The notes beneath the pieces are model-generated. The model worked only from the letters and a program-made list of their open reading frames with translations, did no database searches and was not told the DNA's origin. DNA of 62,706 nucleotides, counting the filler, from Diploschistes diacapsis (lineage: Eukaryota), in the NCBI GenBank assembly GCA_023645945.1. It is 15 parts of 15 records of this genome, joined end to end, with 100 filler letters (N's around TTAATTAATTAA, not from the genome) between each part and the next. Parts side by side here need not be neighbours in the genome. Positions count along the whole stretch, not along the records: positions 33,718 to 35,147 come from JALAIB010003106.1; positions 35,248 to 36,677 come from JALAIB010003107.1; positions 36,778 to 38,207 come from JALAIB010003108.1; positions 38,308 to 39,737 come from JALAIB010003109.1; positions 39,838 to 61,177 come from JALAIB010000311.1; 10 more parts are not named here. One strand, given 5' to 3'. Made by a program: the position numbers and the translations under genes. Shown here in pieces: positions 34,236-44,813 of the stretch (its first letter is position 1; every line of letters begins with the position of its first letter).

Positions 34236-34900
34236 GTTTTATATTAATTTAACCGAACTTCGATAATTATTGAATGATTAATTAAGTTCAACGACGATAA
34301 ACTGAATGTCGATGATTGTCGAGGATAGCGAAATGGTTCAGCGACGATAAATTAAATCTCGATAATTAATAAAGATATCGAGCAAATCTAACGGCGATAA
34401 AACTGGATATCGATTATTGACGAAAGTGATCGAGATAATTCAACGACGATAAGATTAAATGTCGATTATTATCGGAAGTATCGAGAAAGTTCAGCATTAT
34501 TCAATTAAATCTCGATAATTGAAAAAGATATCGAGATGACTTAGTAACGATTTAATTGATTCTCGATCGGGATAAGAAGATTGACTAAGTTCAGTAGTAA
34601 TTCAATTAAACCTCGATCGTTGTCGGAAGATTGAATGGTTTTAAGGAAAATAATAGTTAAATTTCGATCGTTAACAGATGTCGAGTAAATTCAATAAGAA
34701 TTCAACTGAACTTCTATAATTGACGAGATATTGGATTAAGTCTAGTAGCGAGAATATCGATTCTACTAAATATCGAAAGTTAACGAAAGATTCGATTAAA
34801 TCTAATAACGAATATAGCGATTCTATTGGATGTCGAAGATTAATAAAGTAATCGATAAGAATTCAGCGTCTGTTTAACTGAACTTTAATTATTATCGAGG
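34236..34900. repeat. Degenerate ~50-bp minisatellite, ~12 units
   Basis: Units resembling GTTCAACGACGATAAACTGAATGTCGAT recur at 34286, 34336, 34386, 34438, 34489, 34539, 34589, 34638, 34689, 34740, 34800 and 34861. Confidence 0.8.
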
Positions 34901-35494
34901 AAAAAAGGGGGTCGGAGGGTTTTCCTTGACCTGTACAGATAGATAATATTTGGATTTAAGTACTTCTTATTTAGGCATATTCTATGTTAACATAATAAGG
35001 TCCCGCGTTCTTTTAAAATAATATAACTTCTATTTTTAAATCAGATCACCCTAAAGTTTTATACTTTAGATCCTGAACTTTCGGATCTCTTGGGTTTAAT
35101 TTACGATAAATAATATAATCGATATCTGCGTTCGTAATCGTATTAACNNNNNNNNNNNNNNNNNNNNNNNNNNNNNNNNNNNNNNNNNNNNTTAATTAAT
35201 TAANNNNNNNNNNNNNNNNNNNNNNNNNNNNNNNNNNNNNNNNNNNNTAATTATAACGTTCTTAAAAAAAAGTTGTTTCGCTATTCCTTAATCAATAATT
35301 CTAATATAAAAACTTCTTACCGAGATAGTTGTTCTAGAAAGCTACTTTCCGAATAAGACTCAATACAAACTATAAGCAAATTTACTCTCAATATTCTTTA
35401 CTTCCAGATAAAACAGATCTAAGAAATCTTAACAAAAAATACCTTTTTAGATATTAATTAATAATTAATAAATCAAAATTAGCTTTAAATTAGC

Positions 35495-35977
35495 TGTAGA
35501 TTAACCAAAAACGAGGTCGATATATATAATTAAAACTTAATTATAATTTAATTAGAAAGAGGAAAGGAAGATAAAGTAATGTATAAAACAAGTTCTAGTA
35601 ACTGTAAATTAAAGAGAAGGAAGAAGTTTTATAAGATCAAAGCTTTACTACGAATTCTGGTTCAGTATATGAACTAAATGCAGGAACTGCTAGAACTAAG
35701 ATTATTTTAAGAATTAATCGTCCAATTCGTTGTTACCATTTGTCAGTATTAACTTAAATTGATTTGTGAAGTAAAGATGTATTTTAAAAGCTATGGCTAC
35801 CATCGAGCTCTTTATAGCTATTATTATAGCTACTAAACGGGTGGATGCTCAATGATATCATGTCCCATGGCGTCACAGGCGACGCTAGCGAGGGCAGGGA
35901 CAAGCGAGCCCAGCAAGAACAAGCGACTCTCCCTAGTAGCACTATAGCTACTACAATTAGGCTTAATAGTATTAACA
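35495..35977. mobile_element. Probable solo LTR (~483 bp) with a possible 4-bp TSD (TAGC/TAAC)
   Basis: Termini TGTAGAT...ATTAACA and a GC-rich core. Removing it gives the reading KLAFEK into the downstream RT remnant. Confidence 0.5.
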
Positions 35978-36414
35978 TAACGTTCGAAAAAAAGTTACAT
36001 TAACTTCCCTTCCGTTTATCTATTAAGATAAAAGGTTAATAAACTAGACCTAATTACTTTTACGGATAAGCTCAAAATCATTACGGAACTTAATTTCCAG
36101 CGAACTTGGCCCAGTTAAAATACTACATTAAATTAACCGGTTACATGCGTAAATATATATCTTATTATATAGCGATAATAAAACCTTTAAAAATACGTAA
36201 AATAATATTTAACCAAAAGCTCAGATCCATCTCTTAGAAATCTATAAAAAAATAAGTAGATTTAAGAAAAGGAATCACGCCGAAAGGAAATTGCTATAAA
36301 AACCAATAAAAAAAAGTTTTTAACTTTCATATAGTTTCGGAATGTTTTCGCTAAAAGCACGATATTAATCCACCCCGACAAGCGCCGAAAACTATACGGA
36401 AATATTAATATCAA
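35978..36414 (+). mobile_element. RIP-degraded Ty3/Gypsy RT end / RNase H start
   Basis: SYINFPSVYLLR*KVNKLDL..DKLKIITELNFQRT..QLKYYIKLTGYMRKYI...IHPDKRRKLY. Confidence 0.75.
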
Positions 36415-36677
36415 TAGGCTGGCCGTTGCGTGCCACGGTCACTGACACGGATACTACCGCGAAAATTTTCTCGGCACGGACACTTTCACGGATATTATAT
36501 TATAGTAAAAGCACGAACACGGACATTACGATTAAAAAATTTAAAACACGGATATTTCCACGGATATTATACTGCAGTAAAAACACGGATACGAATATTA
36601 CGGTTAAAAATTTTAAAACACGGACATTTCCACGGATATTATATTATAATATATTTATCGAAATATTACCGTGAATC
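36415..36677. mobile_element. MITE copy (TAGGCTGGCCGT family), truncated by the contig end
   Basis: Begins TAGGCTGGCCGTTGCGTGCCACGGTCACTGACACGG. Confidence 0.9.
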
Positions 36678-36949
36678 NNNNNNNNNNNNNNNNNNNNNNN
36701 NNNNNNNNNNNNNNNNNNNNNTTAATTAATTAANNNNNNNNNNNNNNNNNNNNNNNNNNNNNNNNNNNNNNNNNNNNATATATATAAAGACGAGAACAAG
36801 CTCGATCTATATTAAGGATCGAGATAGTAATAATATAGATCGAATTAATTATTTAATTTATTTTAATAGGTAAAGAAAGGACTATAAAGGTGGCTCTAAG
36901 GAACTAGAGCAAGAAAAAAAGAAATAATTATAAAGTCAAGTAAGGAACA

Positions 36950-37109
36950 TGTTAATAGTCGGACAAGCGGCATTCAGGGTCTTAGCTTACGGGTATTTGA
37001 AAGGGGATTTTGCCTTTCTTACTCTCTCCTCTTCTTTAGTAATTAGTCCTAGCATGAATCTGCCCTGCGTGCAGCCATCTTGCCACATTGTCGTATTCCA
37101 CCCTTTACA
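36950..37109 (+). mobile_element. Short LTR-like element family L3
   Basis: TGTTAA...TTTACA; homologous to 38633-38812. Confidence 0.7.
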
Positions 37110-37300
37110 GTTTTAAGGGATAAGGTTTCCGTTTCGTTAGGTTAATTTTTATATTAGATATGCATATGTTCCGTAGATTTTCTAATTTTAATCTCAATTG
37201 TCCTTAATAATGGGTTTATTAGTATCGTGGAATTTCGTTAATTTTGCCTTATAGTTCCTTAGGTTTTCTTTTGATTCCTATATCATGTCTAATTCTAAAT

Positions 37301-37715
37301 TAGGCTGGCCGTTTCGTGCCACGGTCACTAACACGGACACTACAGCAAAAATTTTCAAAACACGGACACTAACACGGATACTACATTATAGTAAAAGCAC
37401 GAACACGGATACTATAATTAAAATTTTTAAAACATTGATATTAACACGGATATTATATTTCCGTAAATTTATCGAAATATTACGATAAATCTATCGAAAC
37501 ACCGCGATGAAACTTTTTTAAAAAAATAAAAGCGTAAAAAATAAACGTGATAATTCTAAAATTATTAAAATTAAAAAAATAATTTAAAATGTTTCGATAA
37601 ATACACGAATACGGATATTATATTTCCGTAAATCCACGGACACGGACACCGCAGCTAAAAAATCTAAAACACGGATACTGACACGGCCGTGTCAGTGTCA
37701 GTGACGGCCAGCCTA
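37301..37715. mobile_element. Complete MITE, 415 bp (TAGGCTGGCCGT family)
   Basis: Perfect 12-bp TIRs; internal subrepeats plus an AT-rich central segment shared with ~1215-1340. Confidence 0.93.
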
Positions 37716-37900
37716 CTTTAATTATTGCTCGGGATCAATTTATATTCGTTATTTTTATTATTAGAACCTTTTTTCTAGAAATAGTCTAAGACCTATGACT
37801 ACTCTATCTTCTTCTCCTATTAGTATTCTTCTTCTAAACGAGACCAAACCCATCTTAATCAATACCTCGTGTCTACCTTATAGAAATAGAGATCATAACA
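37716..37900 (-). mobile_element. LTR family L1 fragment abutting the MITE
   Basis: Matches ~32925-33109 and ends GATCATAACA. The rest of the LTR is missing beyond the MITE. Confidence 0.85.
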
Positions 37901-38207
37901 CGCAATAATTCGATTCTAATAGAATTTAATATTAACGACTGTTTATAGACCCTAAAATTATAATAATATACTAATATTCGAGAAACTGTCCGCGCATTTA
38001 AAGTATCTCGATCGACCATTATAGATCGATTTAATAGAGCTTAATCATGCTTTAATAACAACGAAACGACTTAAATCCTTTTAAATTTAAAAGAAAAGAC
38101 ATTAATATAATAAATTACACGTTTTATATAAATTAGCGTTCTTATATTGCTTACGTTAATAATAGATATAGCCGAAAAAATTCGACGCGAACGTATTCGA
38201 TTCGATT
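37901..38207 (+). mobile_element. pogo/Fot1 transposase N-terminus (HTH_psq + CENP-B-type HTH), RIP-degraded
   Basis: YTNIRETVRAFKVSRSTIIDRFNR...ILLNLKEKTLI**ITRF...DIAEKIRRER. Confidence 0.85.
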
Positions 38208-38307
38208 NNNNNNNNNNNNNNNNNNNNNNNNNNNNNNNNNNNNNNNNNNNNTTAATTAATTAANNNNNNNNNNNNNNNNNNNNNNNNNNNNNNNNNNNNN
38301 NNNNNNN

Positions 38308-38632
38308 TAACTTCTCTTATTTATCGGATAGCCTGTTAAGCAATTTATCGTATTCGATATTAACGGATAGAATATCATTGATTTACGTGTCGATAGAGTC
38401 GATAATGATCATATAATTAGGCGGTAGTGCTGTAAATAATTGTTAAAAAACATTTTTAAAGCGTATTCCGTTCGTTTATACGATAGTTTTTTAAAAGTTT
38501 CATCAGGTACGTTTATATTTCCTAAATAATCGTGCTTTTCTTAAGTTTATAATTAACGAATTTAAGGTTCAGTTGGCGACGTTCAGGTTCAATAATCGTC
38601 TAGTATTTTGTTTATAAAGAATCCTATCTGGC
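38308..38632 (-). mobile_element. Second copy of the Copia gag remnant
   Basis: Reverse complement aligns to ~27638-27960 with transition-type differences. Confidence 0.7.
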
Positions 38633-38812
38633 TGTAAGGCCAAGCGAGTAGCAAGCCAAGAGTCGGACAAGCGGCGCTCAGGGTCTTGGCTTGCTGGTAC
38701 TTGAAGGGGGATTTTGTCCTTCTTATTCTCTTTTCTTTTTAGTAATTAGTCCTAGCATAAACCTGCCCTACGTATAACCATCTTATCACATTATCGTATT
38801 TTATTTTTTATA
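38633..38812 (+). mobile_element. Short LTR-like element family L3
   Basis: TGTAAGGCC...TTTATA; shares AGTCGGACAAGCGGC..TAGTAATTAGTCCTAGCAT with 36950. Confidence 0.7.
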
Positions 38813-39566
38813 GTTTTAATTACTTTATCTTTCTTAAAAACGACGATCCGATAAGATAACACGTTCTTCGCAACGTATACGTAAAATAAACCCACGTAAC
38901 TAAATTAAAATAAAAGAAAGTAAAAGTAAAGAAAGAAAGAAACGATCTAAAATTACTTCATTTAATAAAAAAGATTTAAATTATATCGAGTAATAAGAAC
39001 GAGACTTATAATTTAAAGATAAAATATTAATAAACGAATCGTTAAAATAAGAAGATGATTTCGAATCTATATTAAGAAATATATTAAAAATAATTAAAAA
39101 CATATTATTAAAAATAAAATAAGATATGAAGCTTAAAAAAAGCTAAATAATAAAAATGAAAAAAAATGTTCTTGTTGAGCAGACAGGCAGAAGGCATGGC
39201 TGGGAGTTCGACTGAATTCCAGTCGGGGGTTCAGTTCAGCTGAATTTCCTGGAACTCTGACTAGACCGATCGGAAATAGTGTTAATAATAAGGTTTAACG
39301 GATCCCGTAAGGTATAAAAGTCTACGCAATAGGATATCTTTATAAAATAAGATTTCTAAACTTCAATATATCCATTACGTTATTAAATAAATTATAAACC
39401 CGAATTAGCCTATTCGAACCACTTCGTCTTTAATTATTAGAGATAAGTCTTTCCGGTAGTTAGAACGGTTACGAACGCGGAACCGAATACGCTAACCTTA
39501 TTTAGAAGGTCTAAATCGAAGAGATCCGAAAACCTAGGATCTGAATTATAGGACCCTAGGGTAAAT

Positions 39567-39736
39567 TGTAACGCCCAAAGGTGCGCCCTGGGGTTTAGGT
39601 CCCCCTGCTGCCACAGCCACGCACCTACATATAGTGTAATAGGGAAACAGTGCTTCGGGGTTCCTGAAAGCATTGTGTTAGTCTTTTGGCTCAGTGGGAT
39701 AGCGCTACCCTATTAGGCACTACCCCCGCTGTTACA
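39567..39736 (+). mobile_element. Short solo LTR family L2 (170 bp)
   Basis: Perfect 6-bp inverted termini TGTAAC...GTTACA; unmutated. Confidence 0.88.
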
Positions 39737-40220
39737 TNNNNNNNNNNNNNNNNNNNNNNNNNNNNNNNNNNNNNNNNNNNNTTAATTAATTAANNNNNNN
39801 NNNNNNNNNNNNNNNNNNNNNNNNNNNNNNNNNNNNNGCCATAGGGAGCCATTCGGGGATCAAACGCTGGAAGGAGCGGTGGGGGGGGGGCACAGCAAAG
39901 GTTTCATGGCAAGGCTGACCCACCCACCGCTGAACATTAGCATTGTTAGCCTCATGCTAAATGAAACTTTACTAGCCCATAGATGGATAAAGTACATTTG
40001 TACACAATACCCGCGCTGCCGAGGCTTCTTGTGTAATCAATCAAATACAACGTAATATATCTAATATCCGCCTAGTACATATACAGTCGGTGTCAGATAA
40101 CCATAGAAAAGGGACCCAGGACTTTCATTTGCTTGGAGAATGGGCCGCGTTGGACCGTTGAAATTATTAGGGAAAGCTCATTCGTCGAACTGACAGAATC
40201 CCCATAGCCGTTGCTTGAGG

Positions 40221-43200
40221 TCACCCATCCTTCGGTTCACTCGCAGACCCTGGGTCTTCGAGCTGTTTCAAATTGCCAAGGCTCTGGATCAAGATCGATG
40301 TCCCTTCTTCATCACTCTCGTCATGGAGCAGTCCCAACGAGTTGCTGTTCTGAGCGAGGGCTTGTTGTGCCCCTTCGATCGTGCGGGAGCTGCTCGACGC
40401 CAACTTTTGAAACCGGATAACCTCGCCACGAGTATAGACACGATCAGAGCTGTCGCCCATCACCTCCGAAACATCTTCACCATGCACACGCCAGATGGAT
40501 GGGAGTATGCAGACTGCGAAGTCAGAGCGGCCAGAGGTTCCAGTTGTGTCAATACATTTGAATAGCGCAGAATGCTCCTTAAAATCCATCGTGGCTCTGA
40601 TGGTCTGTGTTTCTAGCCTGTTACACCAGCTCTTAGCATTGCGCATAATCTACGCAAGATCTATATTTACCTTGAGTACCGCCATGCCTCTGCCGCAGTC
40701 TTGACAATCTGGCGGACACAGGCGACAACCTCTTTTCGTTTGGTGCAAAGAGTAAAATGTTCAATAGCCTCCACAATCTCCTTCACGATACTGGCAGCAA
40801 TGTCGTTCACTGACCCTTTGGCCGATGCTGACGTGTAGGCAGCATGTAAGACCCGCTGGCGCCAGAGTGCTTCCCGATCGGGCGAAGACTGACGGAGTCT
40901 ATGAGAAATTCCTCCAAGGAAGATGTTGGCCTCCAGGTGACGATGGCCAAGGGTGAATAGAAAAGGCTCAAACACTCTCTCACAGAGCAATTGCGAGACA
41001 ATGCTCATGATAAGAAAAGACCGTATATCAGGAGGATCCAGATCTGCGCAGAAAAATGAACAGTAATTGGCCGATGCCTGGTTTGCAACAGAAGCTGGCA
41101 CATTTAAGGCGGACTCTGTCTTTCGAAGACCGAACGCGAGGTTGCGGATCTGCCTGTTAAGATCGGTGAAGACACCCACACTGGATAAGGCCTCCATGTC
41201 AGCGCGCTTGCGCTTCCTCGATCCAAGGGACTCTTCTTGAATATACTCGCAAGGGTACATGGCCATTTCGCGTAGTTGAGAAATTCCAAAGCGCCGCCCA
41301 AATTTACTTACAAAAAGTCATCTCCTCGGCTGCGTAAGTCGGTCGCTTCCCCGAATGCCTCAATCACCTTTTGCATGCTCGACTTTGAAGCTGGTTAGCA
41401 AACAAGCATTGAGCGATTGCAAGAAGGCTGCTCACATTGTGTTCGTTCAATCTGGTCGCTGCGATCCTGAAGTCACCAGCCACTCTCGAAAACTTGGCTT
41501 TATCGGCATCCCAAGCACTTTTTACACGAACAATTTCCTGCCGTAAACTTTCCGTTTCTGCCTCCAAAGCTTTGTATTGGCTCCGTTGTTTCGCCATCAA
41601 TAGTTCATGGCCCGCTTCCAGTTTCTCTAACTCGGTTAGATGCTCACTCTTCTGATCTTCGGTAATCTTCTGCCAGTGCTGCTCGATCGAGGATTTCTCT
41701 TGTAACCATTCTTCCTGCACTCTTCGTCGCTCTCTATCAATCTTTTGCGTTTGTGCATTCCACTCGCTTTTCAGGGACTTCTCCATCTGCATATGCTCTC
41801 TTCTTACGTTGGCTAGCGTGGCCTGCTCGGCATGGAGAGTGTCTTCCAACTCGCCTAGCCTGAGGCGATTATCCAACCGGAGATCTTCCATCTTTTGTCT
41901 GGCGTTGGCTTCCATGGCCTCCATTCTCCTAGTTTGTAGGGCTTCGAACTTCACTATCTGCTCCTGAAGCCCACGGACTTCACTCGATTTCGTGTCGGAG
42001 TTATGCTCAGGTATGACTACCGTTGATCCAAGCTCTTCGGCCATGACGTTATTTTTTTCTTGGAGTTGTCTGTAGATCGCCCCTATTTCAGCCTTGAACA
42101 TTTCAAAAGCCGCCTCGTTCGTGACTCGAGATCTTTCGGACTCTGATAATTCTTTGCGGGACGCCATGCATTTCCTCTCCCATTCACTTGCATCTTTCTT
42201 CAGCTTCTCAGATTCCGTCACATGCTTCTTGAGTTGCTCGTCCTCACTCACAGGGCGCTTGACTTCAGTATCATCTGGTTTCGGTGCCATCAATTCAAGC
42301 CCCTCTCCCTGCATCGAATCACGGCTTCCCAATGCCGACGTGCCGCAAATGCGATGGGCTTTAGACAATACCATTCCCATGGCGGGCAATGTCTCGTGTA
42401 GGTTTTGTATCAAACCAATTGCATCAGCAATTGATCTTTCAGTAAGTGTAAAGTCCGACCCAGCTTGGTCCATGGCAGAGCCTGGGAATGGCGCATCGGA
42501 AATTGGGGGTAGCTCTTGTACTACGTGAGCGTAATTTGGCTGCCTCGAATCTACATAATAGGGGTAATTTGGGGCCGCTTGATAGTACAGTTGTGGCATA
42601 CCTGTATTATATGGGATACCGTATTGCGAAGGATGGTATCCTCCATATGGCTCAGATGGAGGAGCACGAAGCGGAACAGGAGACACGAAAGAAGGTGGAG
42701 TGGGTGACGGGACAGCTGGAAATGCTGGAGCTGGAGGCGTGAACGTTCTGGACATCCGGACGGAGGAGCGCTGCCCAGATGAGGGATTGAACTGAGGATC
42801 TTCAGACGCATGCTGCCTTTCGGTGATTTCGAGGGATGTGGTATTGTTCGCGGCTTGCTGCTTCCGACGCGTGTGACGCTGCTGGAGATCGTTCCCATTT
42901 TCCATGGCGTCATCAGGGTCTTTGTAGAAGTTCTCAGCCCGGACACTACAGTTTGAGACGCTGGCAGGCCTTCGCTGGCCAGTGCTGTTAGTACGCTCTT
43001 GTAGCTCGCTTGAACCGAACTCTGTGGATCCCTGATTAGTGGCATATCCCAGAAAGCTGTCCGGGCTGACAATTGACTTGGGGGAATGCAGCGTTTCGGA
43101 AACGCTCTGTAACGATTTAGGCCCTTGACCAGTGGCAATAGGCGTTCGATCATCGCGATACGATATTTCGCGTGTCATGGGTTTTTTCTCAACAGAGCTG

Positions 43201-43670
43201 GTCTTCTCCTGACAACCCATCTCCTCCATCCTTGAGTTGATACGAGTATTTTGCGGCAAGTGGATTGAGCCTGTAGGACTGTTCTTGCCAGCTTCGTCTG
43301 CATCTTCCGCATCCTTCTCAAGATATTGCTGGAGAGCTGCCGGCGTATACGGTTGATGAGCTAAATGATAGGTGCCCGTTTTATTGGATGCAGGCAGGTT
43401 CGGTCGAAGCCCGGACGATGAGAGAGCAGGAGAAGTGGGTTCAGACGAGGGCTGAGACGGCAGGTGCTCAAGAGCAAGGTTCTGCTGTGCATACAGCGTC
43501 GGTTGCAGCACGGGAGATTTGGATGGCGGAGATTTGTTCTCCTGGGTCTTGGAGCTCTCTCGGTGCCGGCGTCCGGTGGAGCTGATGCTGCTTGTCCTTG
43601 GGTGGCCCTCTCGGTCTCGGCCACGGCGACTGCGCGCCGCAGCCGTAGAGTTTGTGTAAAAGAACGACAT
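40221..43670 (-). CDS. Hypothetical protein with a disordered Pro/Ser-rich N-half and a long coiled coil (~1070 aa); exons 43670-41436, 41382-41312, 41180-40671, 40617-40221
   Basis: Three GT..branch..AG introns join the 768-, 199- and 141-aa ORFs in frame (3213 nt). E/K/Q/R-rich heptads. Function not recognised. Confidence 0.8.
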
Positions 43671-44813
43671 CGTGAGAGGACAACATGACAGTTGTTATTG
43701 GAGTATAGAACAGTCGTTAAAGTTTGGGTGCAACACTTGCAACGAAGCTATATCAAATGCGAGACGGTCACCTTCGTAGACCTGATGGATCTTTGCAGTG
43801 TTCTTGGAACCTTGGGGAGGAGAATTCGGTATTCTTACAGTCAGATGCGAAAGCGTTCGAGCTCCCACAGATCTTGATGTCGTCCGAAATGTGCGAGGGG
43901 CGAATCCGCTGATGAAGGAGCAAACAGAGGAAATCAATGAAAGAGACATCAAAAAGATTCCAGTGTTTTTCAAGACAGCCAACACGCCAAAAATAAAAAC
44001 AGCACCAGCGGATCATCGGGCAAACGTGGGAAAAGGTTGGCGGTGGGATGGCTATCAAGGCCCAGCGGGCTAGCTCAGGAGCTCGTCCGTGTCCTTGATT
44101 GAACCTCCCAAAAAGTTCTGGCTTTTAGTTGGAAAGGTTGGGGGTTGAAAATTTTTTTGGGGATGAGGACGATTACTTGCATATAGAACTGCGAACCTTC
44201 CCCCTATGCAGAGGTTGGGCATCAATGATATGCAAAATTGCCGAACCGAGGCCAATCACCTTGCAGATACTTTGTTGCGACCGGAGCTCATGCATCATCA
44301 GCTTGCACGGATAAAGCCTCTCTGGCGAGGAATTGAATCCCAAAAGTAATCACTATCATATCATTAGGAAACCGCCAGCATCGAACGGAGACACGTTGCT
44401 GTGAGTCAGTCAAAGTGAGATAGATTGAGTGCGGAACGACCGAGGGGATACCTAATTAAGAGGTGGATTCCAGGAAGCATAGCAAAAGAATGTTGATTTC
44501 TGGATAGTTTCATCGTAACATACTGAAAGCTTTGCATAGCTGCTAACAAACACCAAAGGCCGCAGTGGTAATGTTAAATCTATTGCTGGCAACATGAATG
44601 GATGAGCAGATTTGTGTAGAGTACGATTACTAATGCCTTTAACTGTCAAGAATCCCATTCCGGGCACGTTATCCTACCGTCTCCTACCCGTGCTGCCGTA
44701 TCTTTCTACTTCAGTACACTTCAGTACACGATCGAAACATCTTTTAATCCCGTAACAATCTATACATACATATACAAGCCAGACCTGCTTGGGCCAGGGG
44801 GGTTTTTTTTTGA

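Noticed and set aside
34236..34900. CRISPR-like repeat-spacer array
   Set aside because: Eukaryotic context, whole units diverge with no constant-repeat/unique-spacer structure, and no cas genes.
39686..39720. tRNA gene or SINE suggested by TGGCTCAGTGG
   Set aside because: No downstream B-box or cloverleaf; it lies inside a TG..CA LTR.
24420..39837. Apparent 15-kb AT-rich island, centromere or Starship-like cargo between gene blocks
   Set aside because: It is ten unrelated contigs ordered by name and length; no captain tyrosine recombinase or element boundaries were seen.
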